From NCBI RefSeq assembly GCF_009914755.1, contig NC_060926.1: a stretch of DNA of 64,000 bases. The stretch is one strand, 5' to 3'. Shown here in pieces: positions 26,511-41,580 of this stretch (within the stretch, counting starts at the first letter, position 1; each line of letters opens with the position of its first letter). Source of the DNA: the human T2T-CHM13v2.0 reference genome, Homo sapiens. The notes under the pieces were generated by a model that ran no database searches, was not told where the DNA came from, and saw only the letters and a list, made by a program, of their open reading frames with translations. The position numbers and the translations under genes are program-made.

Positions 26511-26933
26511 TATATCAGTTTGTTCTCACACTGCTATAAAGTAATACCCGAGACTGGGTAATTTACAAAGAGGCTTGATTGGCTCACAGTTTCATAGGCT
26601 GTACAGGAAGCATGATGCTGGCATCTGCTCAGCTTCTGGAGAGACTTCAGGAAACTTTCAATCATGACAGAAGGCAAAGGGGAAGGAGGCATGTCTTACC
26701 TGGCTAGAGCAGGAGGAAGACAGAGTGAGGGGGGAGGTGCTACACACATAAATGACCAGATCTCATGAGAGCTCATTCATACCATGAGGACAGTACCAAG
26801 GGAGGATGTTGCTAAGCCATTCATGAGAAATCCACCCCCATTATCCAATCACTTCCCACCAGGCCCCACCTCCAACATTGGGGATTACAATCTGACATGA
26901 AATTTGGTGGGGACACAGATCCAAACCATATCG
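26511..26933 (-). mobile_element. MSTA solo LTR
   Basis: ctgtacaggaagcatgatgctggcatctgctc...ccaaaccatatc; TSD gaggc. Confidence 0.93.
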
Positions 26934-28365
26934 GAGGCATTTATCTGAAGCATTTTTGTGACTTTATAGAGTATAAGGTAGCAACCCTCTAAAGGCTGGA
27001 AAAAGATCCCTCAAAGACCCCAAATACCAAGAGGCAAAAATAAATAAATAAATAAATAAATCCCCACCTAACCAAAAACCTGGCAATGAAACTATAAAGC
27101 TGAGAGAAGTCATCATTTGAAAGCTGATGGCTGAGATGTAAAGTACAGAGGTGTCTGACATCTCTCTAGCACTCAAATCCCAAGGTCTGCTGAAGGGAAA
27201 GAAATCCTGATACAATTTTTAAAATATGTGATGCCAGTGGTGAAATTAATTAAGCTAAAGCTGCAACAAAGCCCAGATCCAGTTCAATCACAGATCAGAA
27301 TGACTCAGACATCACTCTAAAGCCAACAGAAGAGGAGCATGCCCTTTTCTCAAGGTAAATATTGCTTACTTTAGTCCCTACTATATAAAAAAATACAACA
27401 CATAGTGAAAGTTATGTCACCCAAAAGTGCAAGAAATGTGACCCATGGTCAAGAGAGGAAATAATCAATAGTAGCAGATGTAGAGATGGCTCAGTTGTCA
27501 GAATTATCAGACAGACTTTGTAATAAAAATGCTGATCTATATATTGGAAAAGATAAAAAACATGTAGAAGAAATGGAGAGTTTTAGCAGAGAGATGGAAG
27601 GTCTACAAAAGAACCACAAAGAAAAGCTAAAAATAAAAAATGCGATACCAGAAATAAAAAATTCATTTGATGAGTTTAATGGAAGGCTGGACCTATCAGA
27701 GGAAAATATTAATGAACCTAAATACAGGTCAATAGAACATACCCAAACTGAAACATAAGACTGAGAGAGGAGAAAAAGACAGAACAGAGCATCTGACAAT
27801 ACCATTCAGTCTAATACATATGAAATTTGATTCCCAGAAATAGAAGACAGAGAGAATGGGGCAAAAAAAAGTGTGAAGAGATCATGTCAAGAACATTTTA
27901 AAAACAATACGTAATATCAACCCATAGATCCTAGAAACTCAACTAGTCCAAAGCAAGCTAAATGCAGAGAAAACCACATCTTGGCATATCATAATTAAAC
28001 TGCAAATCAAAGAAGGTGGCAAATCTTAAAGGCAGCCAGAGAAAAAGACACATTATATACAGGGACACATTACAAATAATGGATAAAATCACCAGACAAA
28101 ATGGAGGCCAAAGGACGATAAAATAATATCTTCAAAATGTTGAAGGATAACTCCAAGGTTGAATCTTGACTGCCAAAATAGTGTTGTCATCCATGGACAT
28201 TCAATCTCATTATTGTCATCAGTAGGTGTTTAGAACTAGAGTAAATCAAGAGATAGAATGAGCTCTCAGAAGAAGAGAGAAAAACTAAGAGGTTGCATAA
28301 CACTCACAGTAATTGAGTGAGAGGGAGAAACCAAAAAAGTAAATGTAAACGACATAAAGGTATGC

Positions 28366-28570
28366 AGTGTTTCCAAACAAAGGTGCTATTGGCATTTGAG
28401 ACTGGGCAGTTCTTCATTGCCTGAGACTATAGCACACTCCAAAATATTTTGAATCCTTAGCTTCCAGTATAAATGCCAATGGTACTCCCCAGTCTTTCAG
28501 TCCTGAAACCACCAAAGTAATGCCTATTGCTCCTCACACTTCCAAATGCTCCTGAAGAAACTACACCGCT
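28366..28570 (+). mobile_element. MER117-like hAT MITE
   Basis: gctattggcatttg...gttcttcattg...taaatgcca...acttccaaatgc. Confidence 0.55.
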
Positions 28571-28577
28571 GTGTATT

Positions 28578-28804
28578 AAAGGTTTTCCCAGCCTTGGCAA
28601 TATTGACATTTGGGGCCATATGATCCTTTGTTACAGGTGGCTGTCTTGTGTATTGTAGGATTTTTAGCAGCATTCCTGGCCTCTAATGAGTCAAGGTCAG
28701 GAACACCCCTCCCCAAGTTGTGATAACCAAAAATATGTCCAGATATTGCCAAATGTCCACTGGGGATAAAATCCCATCTCCCCTCCTTTCCATTAAGAGA
28801 CACT
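28578..28804 (+). mobile_element. MER20 hAT element
   Basis: ccttggcaatattgacatttggggcc...gtgataaccaaaaatatgtccagatattgccaaatgtcc. Confidence 0.85.
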
Positions 28805-30198
28805 TGGGGAGAGGGGAGAAGCAATATGGCTGAATAGAAAGCTCCACCAATCGTTCTCCATGACAAGGACACCAATTTAACAACTATCTATACTAAAAAA
28901 AACCTTCATAAGAATAAAAAATCAGGTGAGCACTCACAGTATCTGATTTCAACATTATAACACTGAAAGGCACTGGAAGAGGGTTGGGAAGACAGTTTTG
29001 AATTGCTGACACCATCCACTCCCATCTCCCAACAGTGGCTCCTTGCCATAGAGAATCTGTGCACTGTGGAGAGGGAGAGCACAGCAACTGTGAGACATTT
29101 TATTGAACTAGTGCTGCACTGTCACAGCAGAAAGCAAAACTGTCCTGAACTCAGCTAACACCTGCCTACGGAGGGAGCATTTTAACCAACCCTAGCTAGA
29201 GGAGATTGTCCATCTGAGTAGTTAGAACTTGAGTTCCAGCAAGGCTTGCCACCACAGGCTAAAGGGCTCTGGGGCCATAAATAAACTTGAAAGGTAATCT
29301 AGGCCACAAGGGCTGCAACTCCTAGGTGAGACCTAGTGCTGAACTGGGCTCAGAGCTAGTGGACTTGGGGGGCACACGACCTACTGAGATACCAGCCAGG
29401 GCATCTAAGGGAGTGTTTGTATGCCACTCATTCCCCAACCCCAGGCTGCACAGCTCTTAGCTCCAAAGACTCCTTCCTTCCACTTGAAAAGATGAGAAGG
29501 AAGAGTAAAGAGGACTCGATCTTAGTTCTTGGATACCAGCTCATCCACAGTATGACAGGGCACTAGTCAGAGTCATGAAGCCTCCTTTCCAGGCCCTAGT
29601 TCCAGGATGACATTTCTAGACATACCCTGGGCCAGAAGGGAACCCACTGATTTGAAGGGAAGACCCATCACAGGCTGATTAGAGAGCCCTTGGGCCCTGA
29701 ATAACAAGCATCGATACCCAGATAGTGCCCCTGTGGGCCTTGGGTGAAACTGAGACCTCCTGGCTTTAGGTGAGATTCAGCACATTCCCATCTATGGTGG
29801 CTTCTGGAAGAGACTCCTCTGTCTGTGGAAAAGGGAGGGAAGAGTGGAAAGACTCTCATGGTTTGAATCCCAGGTCAGCCACAGTACAATAGAGCACCAG
29901 GTAGACTTCTAAGGTTTTTGACTTCAGTCTCCGGCTCCTGGATGGCTCCTCTGTACCCACCCAGGGCCTGAGGAACTTGTCGCCCTGAAGGACACAAGCC
30001 TGGCTGGCTTTGCCACTTGCTGATTGTAGAGCCCCAGGGCTTTGAGTAAACATAGTTAGTGGCCAAGTAGTGATTATGGTGGGATTTGGGTGAAACCCAG
30101 TGTGATACTGGCTTCAAGTCTGACCTAGTGCAGTCCCAGTGGTCGTGGCCACAGGGGTGCTTGTGTCGACCCACCCTCAGCTCTGGACAGTAAAGAAC

Positions 30199-30200
<2 letters not shown>

Positions 30201-30233
<33 letters not shown>

Positions 30234-30238
30234 GAGAG
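30201..30238 (+). repeat. (GA)n microsatellite
   Basis: Direct reading. Confidence 0.95.
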
Positions 30239-31540
30239 ATTCTGGGAGAAAGTAAGAAGAAAAAACAAGAGTCTCTGTCTAGTAATCTTGCTCTGATCTT
30301 ATCCAGGACCATCAAGGCAGTACCTCTATGAGTCTACAAGAACCACAGGGCTACTGAGCTTGGGATGCCCCCAGGGCAGGCACAGCTTAGATCACAACAC
30401 CTAAGTCCTTTTGAATAACTGGAAAGCCTTCGCAAGAAGGACAGGTACAAAGAAGCTCAGACTGTAAGAACTACAGTAAATACCGAACTCTTCAAATCCC
30501 AGGAACAGATAAACATCCACAAGCATCAAGACCATCTAGGAAAACATGACCTCATTAAATGAACTAAATATGGCACCAGGGACCAAACCTGGAGAAACAG
30601 AGATATGTGACCTTTCAGACAAAGAATTCAAAATAACTATTTCGAGTTGAAATTCAAATAAATCCAAGATAACACAGAGAATAAATTCCGAATTCTATCA
30701 GATAAATTTCACAAAGAGATCGAAATAATTTTAAAAATCAAGCAGAAATTCTGGAGTTTAAAAATGTAATTGACACACTGAAGAATGCATCAGAGTCTTT
30801 TAATAGAAGAATGATCCAGCAGAAGAATTAGTGAGCTTTAAGACAGACTATTTGAAAATACACAATCAGAGGAGACAAAAGAAAGAAGAATAAAAAATAA
30901 TAAAGCATATTATATAATATATAATATAATAATAAAACAGGATATAGAAAATAGCCTCAAAAGGGCAAATCTAAGAGTTACAGCCTTTAAAGAGGAGGTA
31001 CATAGATAGGGATAGAAAGTTTATTCAAAGGGATAATAACAAAGAACTTCCTAAACCTAGAAAAATATATCAATATCCAAGTGCAAGGTTATAGAACACC
31101 AAGCAGGTTTAACCCAAAGAAGACTACCTTACATCATTTAATAATCAGACTCACAAAGGTCAAGGATAAAGAAAAGATCCTAAAAGCAGCAAGAGAAAAG
31201 AAACAAATAACATTCAAGGAGCCCCGATATGTCTGGCAGCAGACTTTTCAGTGCTTTACAGACCAGGAGATAGTGGCATAATATATTTAAAGTCCTGAAG
31301 GAAAAAAACCTTTTAGCCTAGAATAGTATATCCGGTGAAAATATCCTTAAAATGTGAGAGAAATAAAGACTTTCCCAGACAAACAAAAGCTGAGGGATTT
31401 CATCAACACTAGACCTTACCTACAAGAAATGCTAAAGGGAGTACTTCAATCAGAAAGAAAAGGACATTAATCAGCAACAAGAAATCATCTAAAGGTACAA
31501 AACTCACTGACAATAGCAAGAACACAGAAAAACCCAGAAT

Positions 31541-32645
31541 TATTTTTTATTATAGTTTAAGTTCTGGGATACATGTGCAGAATGTGCAGGTTTGTTACAT
31601 AGATATACACATGCCATGGTGGTTTGCTGTACCCATCAACCCATCATCTACATTAGGTATTTCTCCTAACGGTATCCCTCCCCTAGCCCTCCACCCCCGA
31701 AAAGGCCCTGGTGTGTGATGTTCCCCTCCCTGTGTCCATGTGTTCTCATTGTTTAACTCCCACTTATGAGTGAGAACATGTGGTGTTTGGTTTTCTGTTA
31801 CTGTGTTAGTTTGCTGAGAATGATGGTTTCCAGCTTCATCCATGTCCCTGCAAAGAACATGAACTCATCATTTTTTATGGCTGCATACTATTCCGTGATG
31901 TAAATATGCCATATTTTCTTTACCCAGTCTATCATTGATGGGCATTTGGGTTGGTTCCAAGTCTTTGCTATTGTGAATACTCTTGCAATAAACATACATG
32001 TGCATGTGTCTTTATAGTAGAATGATTTATAATCCTTTGGGTATATACCCAGTAATGGGATTACTGGGTCAAATGGTATTTCTAGTTCTAGATCCTTGAG
32101 AAATTGCCACACTGTCTTCCACAATGGTTGAACTAATTTACACTTCCACCAACAGTGTAAAAGTGTTCCTATTTCTTCACATCTTCTCCAGCATCTGTTG
32201 TTTCCTGCTTTTTAATAATCACCATTCTAACTGGTGTGAGATGGTATCTCATTGTGGTTTTGATTTACATTTCTCTGACCAGTGATGATGAGCTTTTTTT
32301 CATATGTTTGTTGCCTGCATAAATGTCGTCTTCTGAGAGATGTCTGTTCATATTCTTTGCCCACTTTTTGATGGGGTTGTTTGTTTTTTTTCTTGTAAAT
32401 TTGTTTAAGTTCCTTGTAGATGCTGGATATTAGCTCTTTGTCAGATGGATTGCAAAAATTTTCTCCCATTCTGTAGGTTACCTGTTCACTCTGATGATAG
32501 TTTCTTTTGCTATGCAGAAGCTCTTCAGTTTAATTAGATCCTATTTGTCATTTTGGCTTTTGTTGCCATTGCTTTTGGTGTTTTAGTCATGAAGGCTTTG
32601 CCATGCCTATGTCCTGAATGGTATTGCCTAGGTTTTCTTCTAGGG
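31541..32645 (-). mobile_element. 5'-truncated L1PA (PA7-like), antisense within L1MA
   Basis: 3'UTR and ORF2 C-terminus; TSD gaaaaa(c/t)ccagaat at 31527-31540 and 32646-32659. Confidence 0.93.
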
Positions 32646-34014
32646 GAAAAATCCAGAATATTATAACACTCTAATTGTGATGTGTTAACTACTCTTAAGT
32701 AGAAAGGCTAAAAGATGAACCAATCAAAAAATAACTACAACAACTTTTCAAAACATAGACAGTGCAATAAAATATAAATAGAAACAACAAAAAGTTAAAA
32801 AGCCAGGGGATAAAGTTAAAGTGTAGAGTTTTTATTAATTTTCTTTTTGCTTGTTTGTTTGTTAAGTAGTTGTTATCAGCTAAAAATAATGGGTTACGAG
32901 ATAGTATTTGCAAGCCTCATGGTAACTTGAAGTCAAAAAACATACTATGGATACACAAAAAATAAAAAGCAAGAAATTAAATCCTACCATCCGAGAAAAT
33001 CACCTTCACTAAAATGAAGACAGAAAGGAAGGAAAAAAGGAAGCAAAGACTGCAAAACAACCAGAAACAAATAAAAGGATAGCAGTAAGTCCTTAATAAT
33101 TATGTTATCATAATAACATTGAATGTAATGGACTAAACTCTCTAGTCAAAAGACATAGAATAGCTGACTGGATAAAAAAAATCAAGATCTAATAATCTAT
33201 TGCCTACAAGAAATACACTTCATCTATAAAGACAGACTGAAAACAAAGGGATGGAAAAAGATATTCCATGCTAATGAAAACCAAAAAAGAGCAAGAGTAG
33301 CTATTCTTATATAATACAAAGTAAATTGCAAGACAAAAACTGTAAGAAGAGACTAAGACAGTCATTATATAATGCTAAAGGGGTCAATTCAGCAAGAGGA
33401 TATAATAATTGTAAATATATATGCACCAACACTAAAGGAACCAGATACATAAAGCGTATATTATTAGAACCAAAGAGAGAGATAGACCCCAACACAATAG
33501 CTGGAAGCTTCAACACCCTATTTTCAGCATTGGACAGATCATTCAGACAGAAAATCAACAAAGAAACATGGACTTAATCTACACTATAGACCAAATGGAC
33601 CTAATATTTACAGAGCATTATATCCAATGGCTGCAGAATACACATTGTTCTCCTCAGCACATGGATCATTCTTAAGGACAGACCATATGTTAGGCCAGCA
33701 AACAAGTATTAAATATTCAAAAAATGAAAATTATGTCAAGTATCTTCTCTGACCACAATGGAATAAAACTAGAAATCAATAACAAGAGGAATTTTGAAAA
33801 CTATACAAACATGTGGAAATTAAACAATATGTTCCTGAGTGACCATGGGTTAATGAAGAAATTAATAAAATTGAAAAAAATTGTAATAAATGAAAATGGA
33901 AACAACATACTAAAACCTATGGGATACAGCAAAAGCAGGACTAATAGGAAAGTTTATACCAATAAGTACCTACATCAAAGATGTAGAAAAACTTCAATTA
34001 AATAAACAACCTAA

Positions 34015-34319
<305 letters not shown>

Positions 34320-36953
34320 TAACAATGCATCTTAAAAAACTACAAAAGCAAGGGCACACCAAACCCAAAATTAGTAAAAGAAAAGAAAAGAAATGATAAA
34401 GATCGCAGCAAAAATAAATGAAATTGAAACAAAAAGCAACACCACAAAAGATCAATGAAAACTTGTTTTTTTGATAAGAAAAAACAAACTTGACAAACCT
34501 TTAGCCAGACTAAGAAAAAAAAAGAGAAACCTCCAATAAATAAAATTAGAGAATGAAAAGCAGATATTACAATCAATACCACAGAAATTCAAAGCATCAT
34601 TAGAGGCTACTATGAGCAACTATAAGCCAATAAATTGGAAAACCTAGAAGAAATGGATAAAGTCCTAGACACATACAACCTACCAATATCATACCATGAA
34701 GAAATCCAAAACCTGAACAGACTAATAACAAATCACGAGATTGAAGCCATAACAAAAAGTCCCCCAGTAAAGAAAATTCCATGACCTGATGATTTTACTA
34801 CTGAATTTTACCAAACATTTAAAGAACTAATACCAATTCTATTCAAACTATTAAAAAAAAATACAGGAGAAGGAAAAACTTCCAAACTCATCCTATGAGA
34901 CCAGTATTACTCTGATACAAAAAAACAGAAAAAAACATCAAAAAAGAAAACTATAGACCATTGTTTCTGATGAACAATGAGGCAAGAATCCTCTTCCAAA
35001 TCTAGCAAACTGAATTCAACCACACATTAAAAAGATAATTCATCATGAACAAGTGGTATTTATCCCAGGTATGAAGGGATGTTTCTATATATGCAAATCA
35101 ATCAGTATGATACCTGATATCAACAGAATAGAGGACAAAAACCATATAATCATAGGAACTGGGGCTGGAAAGGCATTTGATAAAATTCAACATCCCTTCA
35201 TGATAAAAACTGTCAAAAATGGTATGGAAGAAATATACCTCAATATAATAAATGCCATATACAACAGCTAGTATCATACTAAATAGAGAAAGACTGAAAG
35301 CCTTTCTTATAAGATGAGGAACATGACAAGGATGGTCACTTTCACCACTGTTATTTAACATAGTGCCGTAAGTCCTAGCTAGAGCAACCAGACAAGAGAA
35401 AGAAAGGGCATCCAAATTGAAAAGGAAGAAATCAAATTATCCTTGTTTGCAGATGATCTCATCTTATATTTGGAAAACCTGAAAACCCCACCAAAAAACT
35501 ATTAGAACTGATAAACAAACTCAGTAAATTTGAAGGATACAAAATCAACATATAAAAATCAGTAGCATTTCCATTTGCCAACAGTAAACAATCAAAAGAA
35601 ACCAATAAATCAAGAAGGTAATTCTATTTACAATGGCTACAAATAAAATAAAATACCTAGGAATTAACTTAGCTAAGAAGTGAAAGATCTCTACACTGAA
35701 AACTGTAAAACACTGATGCAAGAAGTTGAAGAGGATACCAAAAAATGGAAAGATATTCCATGCTCATGTATTGGAAGAATCAATATTGTTAAAATGTCCA
35801 TACCACTCAAAGCAATCTACAGATAAAATGCAATCTCTATCAAAACACCAATGACAAATCTCACAGAAATAGAAAAAACAATCCTAAAATCTATCTGGGA
35901 CCATAAAAGACCTAGAATAGCCAAGCTGTCTAAGCAAAAAGAACAAAGCTGGAGGAATCACATTACCTACCTTTAAATTATACTCCAGAGCTATGGTAAC
36001 CAAAATGGCATCGTACCAGCATAAAAACAGACACATACATCAGTGGCACAGAATAGAGAAGCTAGAGATAAATCTATACATCTATGGTGAACTCATTTTT
36101 GACAAAGGTGGCAAGGATATACATTGGGGAAAGAATAGTCTCTTCAATAAATGATGCTGGGAAAACTGGATCCATATACAGAAGAATGAAACCAGACCCC
36201 TTATCTTTCACGGTAGGCAAAAACCAAATCAAAATGGATTAAAGTCTTTAAGATATGCCCTACAAGTACAGGTGACCAAAGCAAACATGGACAAATGGGA
36301 TCACATCAAGCTCAAAAACTTCTGTACAGCAAAGGAAACTATCAACAAAGTGAAGATACAAACCACAGAATGGGAGAAAATATTTGCAAACTGCCTGTCT
36401 GACAAGGAATTAATAACCAAAATATATAAGGAGCTCAAACAGTGCTATGGGAAAAAAAACGAATAACCCAATTGAAAAATGGGCAAAAGATTTGAATAGA
36501 CATTTCTCAAAAGAGGACATACATATGGGCATATGACAAGGTGTTTAACATCACTGATCATCAGAAGAATGCAAATCAAAACTACAATAAGATATCCTCT
36601 CACCCCAGTTAAAACGACTTTTATCCAAAAGTCAGGCATTAACAAATGCTGACAAGGATATGGAGAAAAGGGAACCCTCAGACACTGTTAGTGGGAATGT
36701 AAATTAGTACAACCACTGTGGAGAACAGTTTGGAAGTTCCTTGAAAAACTAGACCACCATGTGATCCAGCAATCCCACTCCTAGGTATATGCCCAAAAGA
36801 AAGGAATATCGAAGAGATATCTGCATTCCCATATTTATAGCAGCACTGTTAACAAGGCAAGATTTGGAAGCAACATAACTGTCCATCAATAGATTGATGG
36901 ATAAAGAACATATACACAATGGAGTACTATTCAGCTATAAAAAGAATAAGATC

Positions 36954-37144
36954 CTGGTCAGAGAAATGCAAATCAAAACCACAATGAGATACCATCTCAC
37001 ACCAGTTAGAATGGCTATTATTAAAAAGTCAGGAAACAACAGATGCTGGAGATATAGGAATACTTTTACACTGTTGGTGGAAGTGTAAATTAGTTCAACC
37101 ATTGTGGAAGACAGTGTGGTGATTCCTCAAGGATCTAGAACCAG
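36954..37144 (+). mobile_element. L1P ORF2 internal fragment with no TSD or poly(A), inside L1MA
   Basis: Repeats L1 positions already present at ~36555-36750, in L1PA-type sequence. Confidence 0.85.
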
Positions 37145-38149
37145 TTGGATGGAACTGGAGGTCATTATGTTAAGTGAAATGAGCAAATAAGCCAGGCACA
37201 AAAATACAAATTTTGCATATTCTTACTTATTTATATTCTTACTTATTTGTGGAAGCTAAAAATTAAAATAATTGAACTCATGAAGGTAGAGAATAGGATG
37301 ATTGCCAGAGGCTGCGAAGGGTAGAGTGGGGTTCAGGGAGAAGTGGAGATAGAAATGGGTACAAAGAAAAATAGAAAGAATGAATAAGACCTTGTATTTG
37401 CTAGCATAACAGGGTGACTACAGTCAATAATAATTTAATTGTACATTTTTAAATAACTCAAAGAGTATAACTGGATTGTTTGTAACACAAAGGATAAATG
37501 CTTGAGGTGATGGATATCCCGTTTACCCTGAGGTGATTATTATGTATTGCATACCTCTATCAAAATATCTCATGTAACCCATAAATATGTATACATACTA
37601 TGTACCCACACAAATTAAAATTTTTTTAAAAGAACCACTTGGGCTTGAGAAAGCAAAAAAAAAATGTGAATCTTTAAAAAGAGATAATGAAGTACGATAT
37701 CAGAAACAATAAAGAGGTAATGGAGAATGCTTACCAAAAAAAAGAAAACACATCAATACAGCAGTGTACACTGAGGTCATATTACAGGGTGTTAAGAAGA
37801 GAATGGGTTGAGTCATTCCAACTCATTGAAGTGTTTCCTTCAATCTCTCTCCAGTTAGAGAATCATTGATTAGCAGCATAAAAGCAAAATCAGTTCTCAC
37901 TGATGAGATGAGGAAGGTGTGAGAGGGAGGGATTGAAGGGAAAGTGGGCCAGAGCCAATAAGGGTTAGAGAGAAAAAGGAGAAGGAAGAGAATGAAGAAG
38001 AGATGAAGGAAGGCGAGGAGGAAAAGGAAATGGCTAAGGTGGAGAGATTTAACACATTTAATTGAATTATAGTAGTCCTAGTTTCTGCCCTCAGTAGTTA
38101 ACGTATAGGAAGCACCCCACTCTTGACAGATGATAACAAATAGATGGTA

Positions 38150-38930
38150 GATGAGTCCAAATTGGATAGAAGGAGCTAAATCCCTACCTCACTCCCTACA
38201 CCAAAACAAATTTCAGATCAACATTAAACTTAAAAATTGAAATTATAAAGGTGTTGGAAGAAAGTGTGAGTGGATTTTTCAAAATAATATGCGCATATAG
38301 AAGACCTTTAAAAGCGTATTACAAAATCCAAATTCCACAGAGGATAAAAAGTGCTAAATATGACTGATTATAAAATTTTAAAACTCTGCCTGGCAAAAAC
38401 ACATCATCAAGACAAAAAAAAAAAAGGAAACTGGAAAATATTGCCACACATATTATGAACAAAAATTTTTGTCTCTTTGTGAGTATACAAAGAACCCATA
38501 AACAAATTTTTTTAATGGGGGAAAAACAAGAAAATGAGAAAATAATTAGGGAGTTCATAGCAAAAGAGAAACAAAAAGGCAATAAACCTTTAGAATTATA
38601 AAAATGCAAATTAAGATGAAAGATGCCTTTTTCACCTACTAGAAAGGAAAATATTTACAATATTAATAATGTTTAATATCACTGAGCATGTAGTAAACTA
38701 ATTTCACATCTCCTTAGAGGGCCTTTAAATTGGTGACATTTCTCTGCAAGACAATTTTGGAATATCTTTCAAGATTAAAAATGTACAACCCTTTGACCCA
38801 ACAAGCATTTTCCCAGGAGCTTATCTGGAGACATTAACAGAAGCCTGCACCAAGATTAACACAGCTGAATGCTCACTGCAGTCTTGTTTCTGAGAGCAAA
38901 TGCAGGGAACAACCTTAAGTGTCAGCAGCA
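38150..38930 (+). mobile_element. L1ME-like ORF2 3' fragment
   Basis: ccctacctcactccctacaccaaaacaaattt; aaatgcaaattaa; cctttgacccaacaa. Confidence 0.6.
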
Positions 38931-40279
38931 AAACTGAGTCAGTACTGACGCCGATCCCTCTCCTGGGGGTCAGGATTTTTCCTAGAGAGTGAAGGAGTGC
39001 TTAATGCAGTGGAGAGAAGGCAAATAGCTCAGGTGGAAAATCACTAAGACCTACACAGCACCATCCATGCTTACGCTCAGCTATTTTAATAAGGAGTCTT
39101 ATTTTTAAAATTTTTTTTTAAAAAGCACTGAGTAGAAAAGCATTCTTATTACACCACACATTTAGTAACCATAGGGGCTTGAAAAGCCACAGCAAAATTT
39201 ATCTGGGGTCCTACTCTAAGCCATGTATCCTAGTTAGGAACATGGCTGGTGTCAGAGTCCACATAACTCATCGCCCAATTCAGTACCTTTTCACTAGAGA
39301 AGATATGGTCATATTTATTATCTTCTATGTTGGAATACTCATATATTTGAATAGGACCTGAACAAAAGTCTCTTAGCATTTCCTAAGCTTTACACCTTAA
39401 AATAAGCACTGTAAACCTCTTTATGTTATCAGTCGCAAGCTGTTCCTGTTTGCATCTGTGAGGCCTGGTAGCAAACTTCTGGCTAATTATGCTAGTGTGA
39501 AACTGGCTATCATGCTTAAAGGCAAGTTTACATTAGAACGATTAACTACTGAGTTAATTTCTGTAGTGTGAATAAGCTCAACTGTCATATTCTATATCAT
39601 CAAATTAGAATTTGGAAAAAATAATTGTTTTCATCGAGACATTTTACAAAGATGAAGTTGGTGAACCAAAGGCTAAATATATATTTTTAAATATGTATGC
39701 ATCCAAAGCACTTAACTACAGATTAAAATGGGTGGAGCACCTGGGAATCTTGTATAAATTATACTGAAACTCAGTGTTGCCATTCCTATAAAATAGAGAC
39801 AGATTGCATCACTTCATTTGGAGAATATCATATCTATATTTGTACCACTTTTGCATTTTAAATGATAACTATGTTTCTTGCCCAGATTTAGTCCAAGATA
39901 TGGATCAATACTTAATTCAATAGTTCTTAGAAATTTACTCTGAATATAATCCTTACCAATTAAAACATGTTCTCTCTTTCAAAAGCACAAATCAATACAT
40001 GCTGTCTTAGGGCAAGTTATTGCTGTTTTGTGATTCACCTAATGTATCTATGGTAGGGACTATATTACGGTCAATATAAAAGTAGAAACTTTTCATTTTG
40101 CAATTAAAGCCATAGTCATTCATAATTATTATTTTCATGCCTGTGTCCCCTTCTCCCTTTCCAACACACACAAACACACACACACTTTTGTAAACCTTGA
40201 GCCATGCCCTAATACAATGTTCTCAACAAATATTTGTTGGATTGATGATGAAATGTCATTTTCAACCATGGGAGACTCT

Positions 40280-40645
40280 ATCTGCTATCTAGCCAATATC
40301 CCTTCTTGCCTCTACCACTCCTGTGAAGAAGACCTGGATTTGTTCAATTGGTGACTAGGAGCTTTACCCCAACCACAGGTGATGCATTGTGATTAGTCTA
40401 AACCAGTCATAGCAATCTCGTCCTCCTTGGCCAATATTGACCCAAGGGTGGCCCCATAATCCAGTTCTGGCCATTGAGATGTAAGTGAGTCTTCTGAGTA
40501 GGACTTCTAGACTATCTTTTGCTTTCTCACTACAAAAGATCAGACTCAGCTGGCAAAACGCTTTGTCCACCCCTTTCTTCCTGACTAGAATGCATGGGAA
40601 GCCCAGAGGGGCAGCTGCCATTTCGCAATCACAATAAATAAAGGC
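40280..40645 (+). mobile_element. MLT1J-like MaLR LTR
   Basis: ccagttctggccattgagatgtaagtg; gcagctgccatttcgcaatca. Confidence 0.65.
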
Positions 40646-40719
40646 AAAAGACTGGGCCCACAGGCACACGCCCAGCTAATTTTTTGACTTTTTGTTGAGA
40701 TGGGATCTCACTTTGTTGT

Positions 40720-41083
40720 GAGGTCCCCATATTATCATTAGTCGTCAGCAGGGGCTCCTTTAATTCCCAAAGATGATCCATATTCCTTACCCCCTTCATC
40801 TCCAAGCCAGCAAAGAATGCTTCACACATCACATACCTTTCATGCTTCAAATCACGGACTTCCCCTGCCCCTAGATTCTGATGTAAAGGGTTCATGCGAT
40901 TAGGTCAGAGCCACCAGAATAAGCTCCCTATTTCAAGGTCAACTGACTTAGAACCTTAATCACATCTGCAAAATTCCTTCACAGCAGTACCAGATTAGCA
41001 TTCTATTGAGCAATTGGGAGAAGGTGTGGGGTCCACCATGGCTGGGAATCCTGGGGCTAGCTTAAAATTCTGCCCTATATCAC
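40720..41083 (-). mobile_element. MLT1E-like MaLR LTR, preceded by a short Alu fragment at ~40650-40718
   Basis: aggtcaactgacttagaaccttaatcacatctgcaaaattccttcacagcag. Confidence 0.7.
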
Positions 41084-41309
41084 ACCTTCTTGAGGACGGG
41101 GTCCTTATGTACATTTCTTAACTTCCTGCCTTTCCTACCACAGTGTCCTTCTGATGTTTTTGTTCTGCTGTCAGAAGTCTATTTGTGTTTGTTTATTTCA
41201 GGTTTATGTTGAAAGCTTCATAAGGCTCAGGTATGTTTATGGGCCACCTGTGTAGATTATTAGCCAATGATTTATTCACAGTGGACGTGATTTAGTAAGT
41301 CCAAGGTGA

Positions 41310-41580
<271 letters not shown>

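Larger units (their letters stand above)
23000..28150 (+). mobile_element. Old L1M 5'UTR/ORF1 remnant, host to L1PA and MSTA insertions
   Basis: ORF1-like peptide at 27486-27758 (EIKNSFDEFNGRLDLSEENINEP); ILKAAREK-like sequence at ~28025. Confidence 0.7.

Noticed and set aside
37216-37248. 16-bp tandem duplication atattcttacttattt
   Set aside because: Ordinary slippage duplication within the L1MA.
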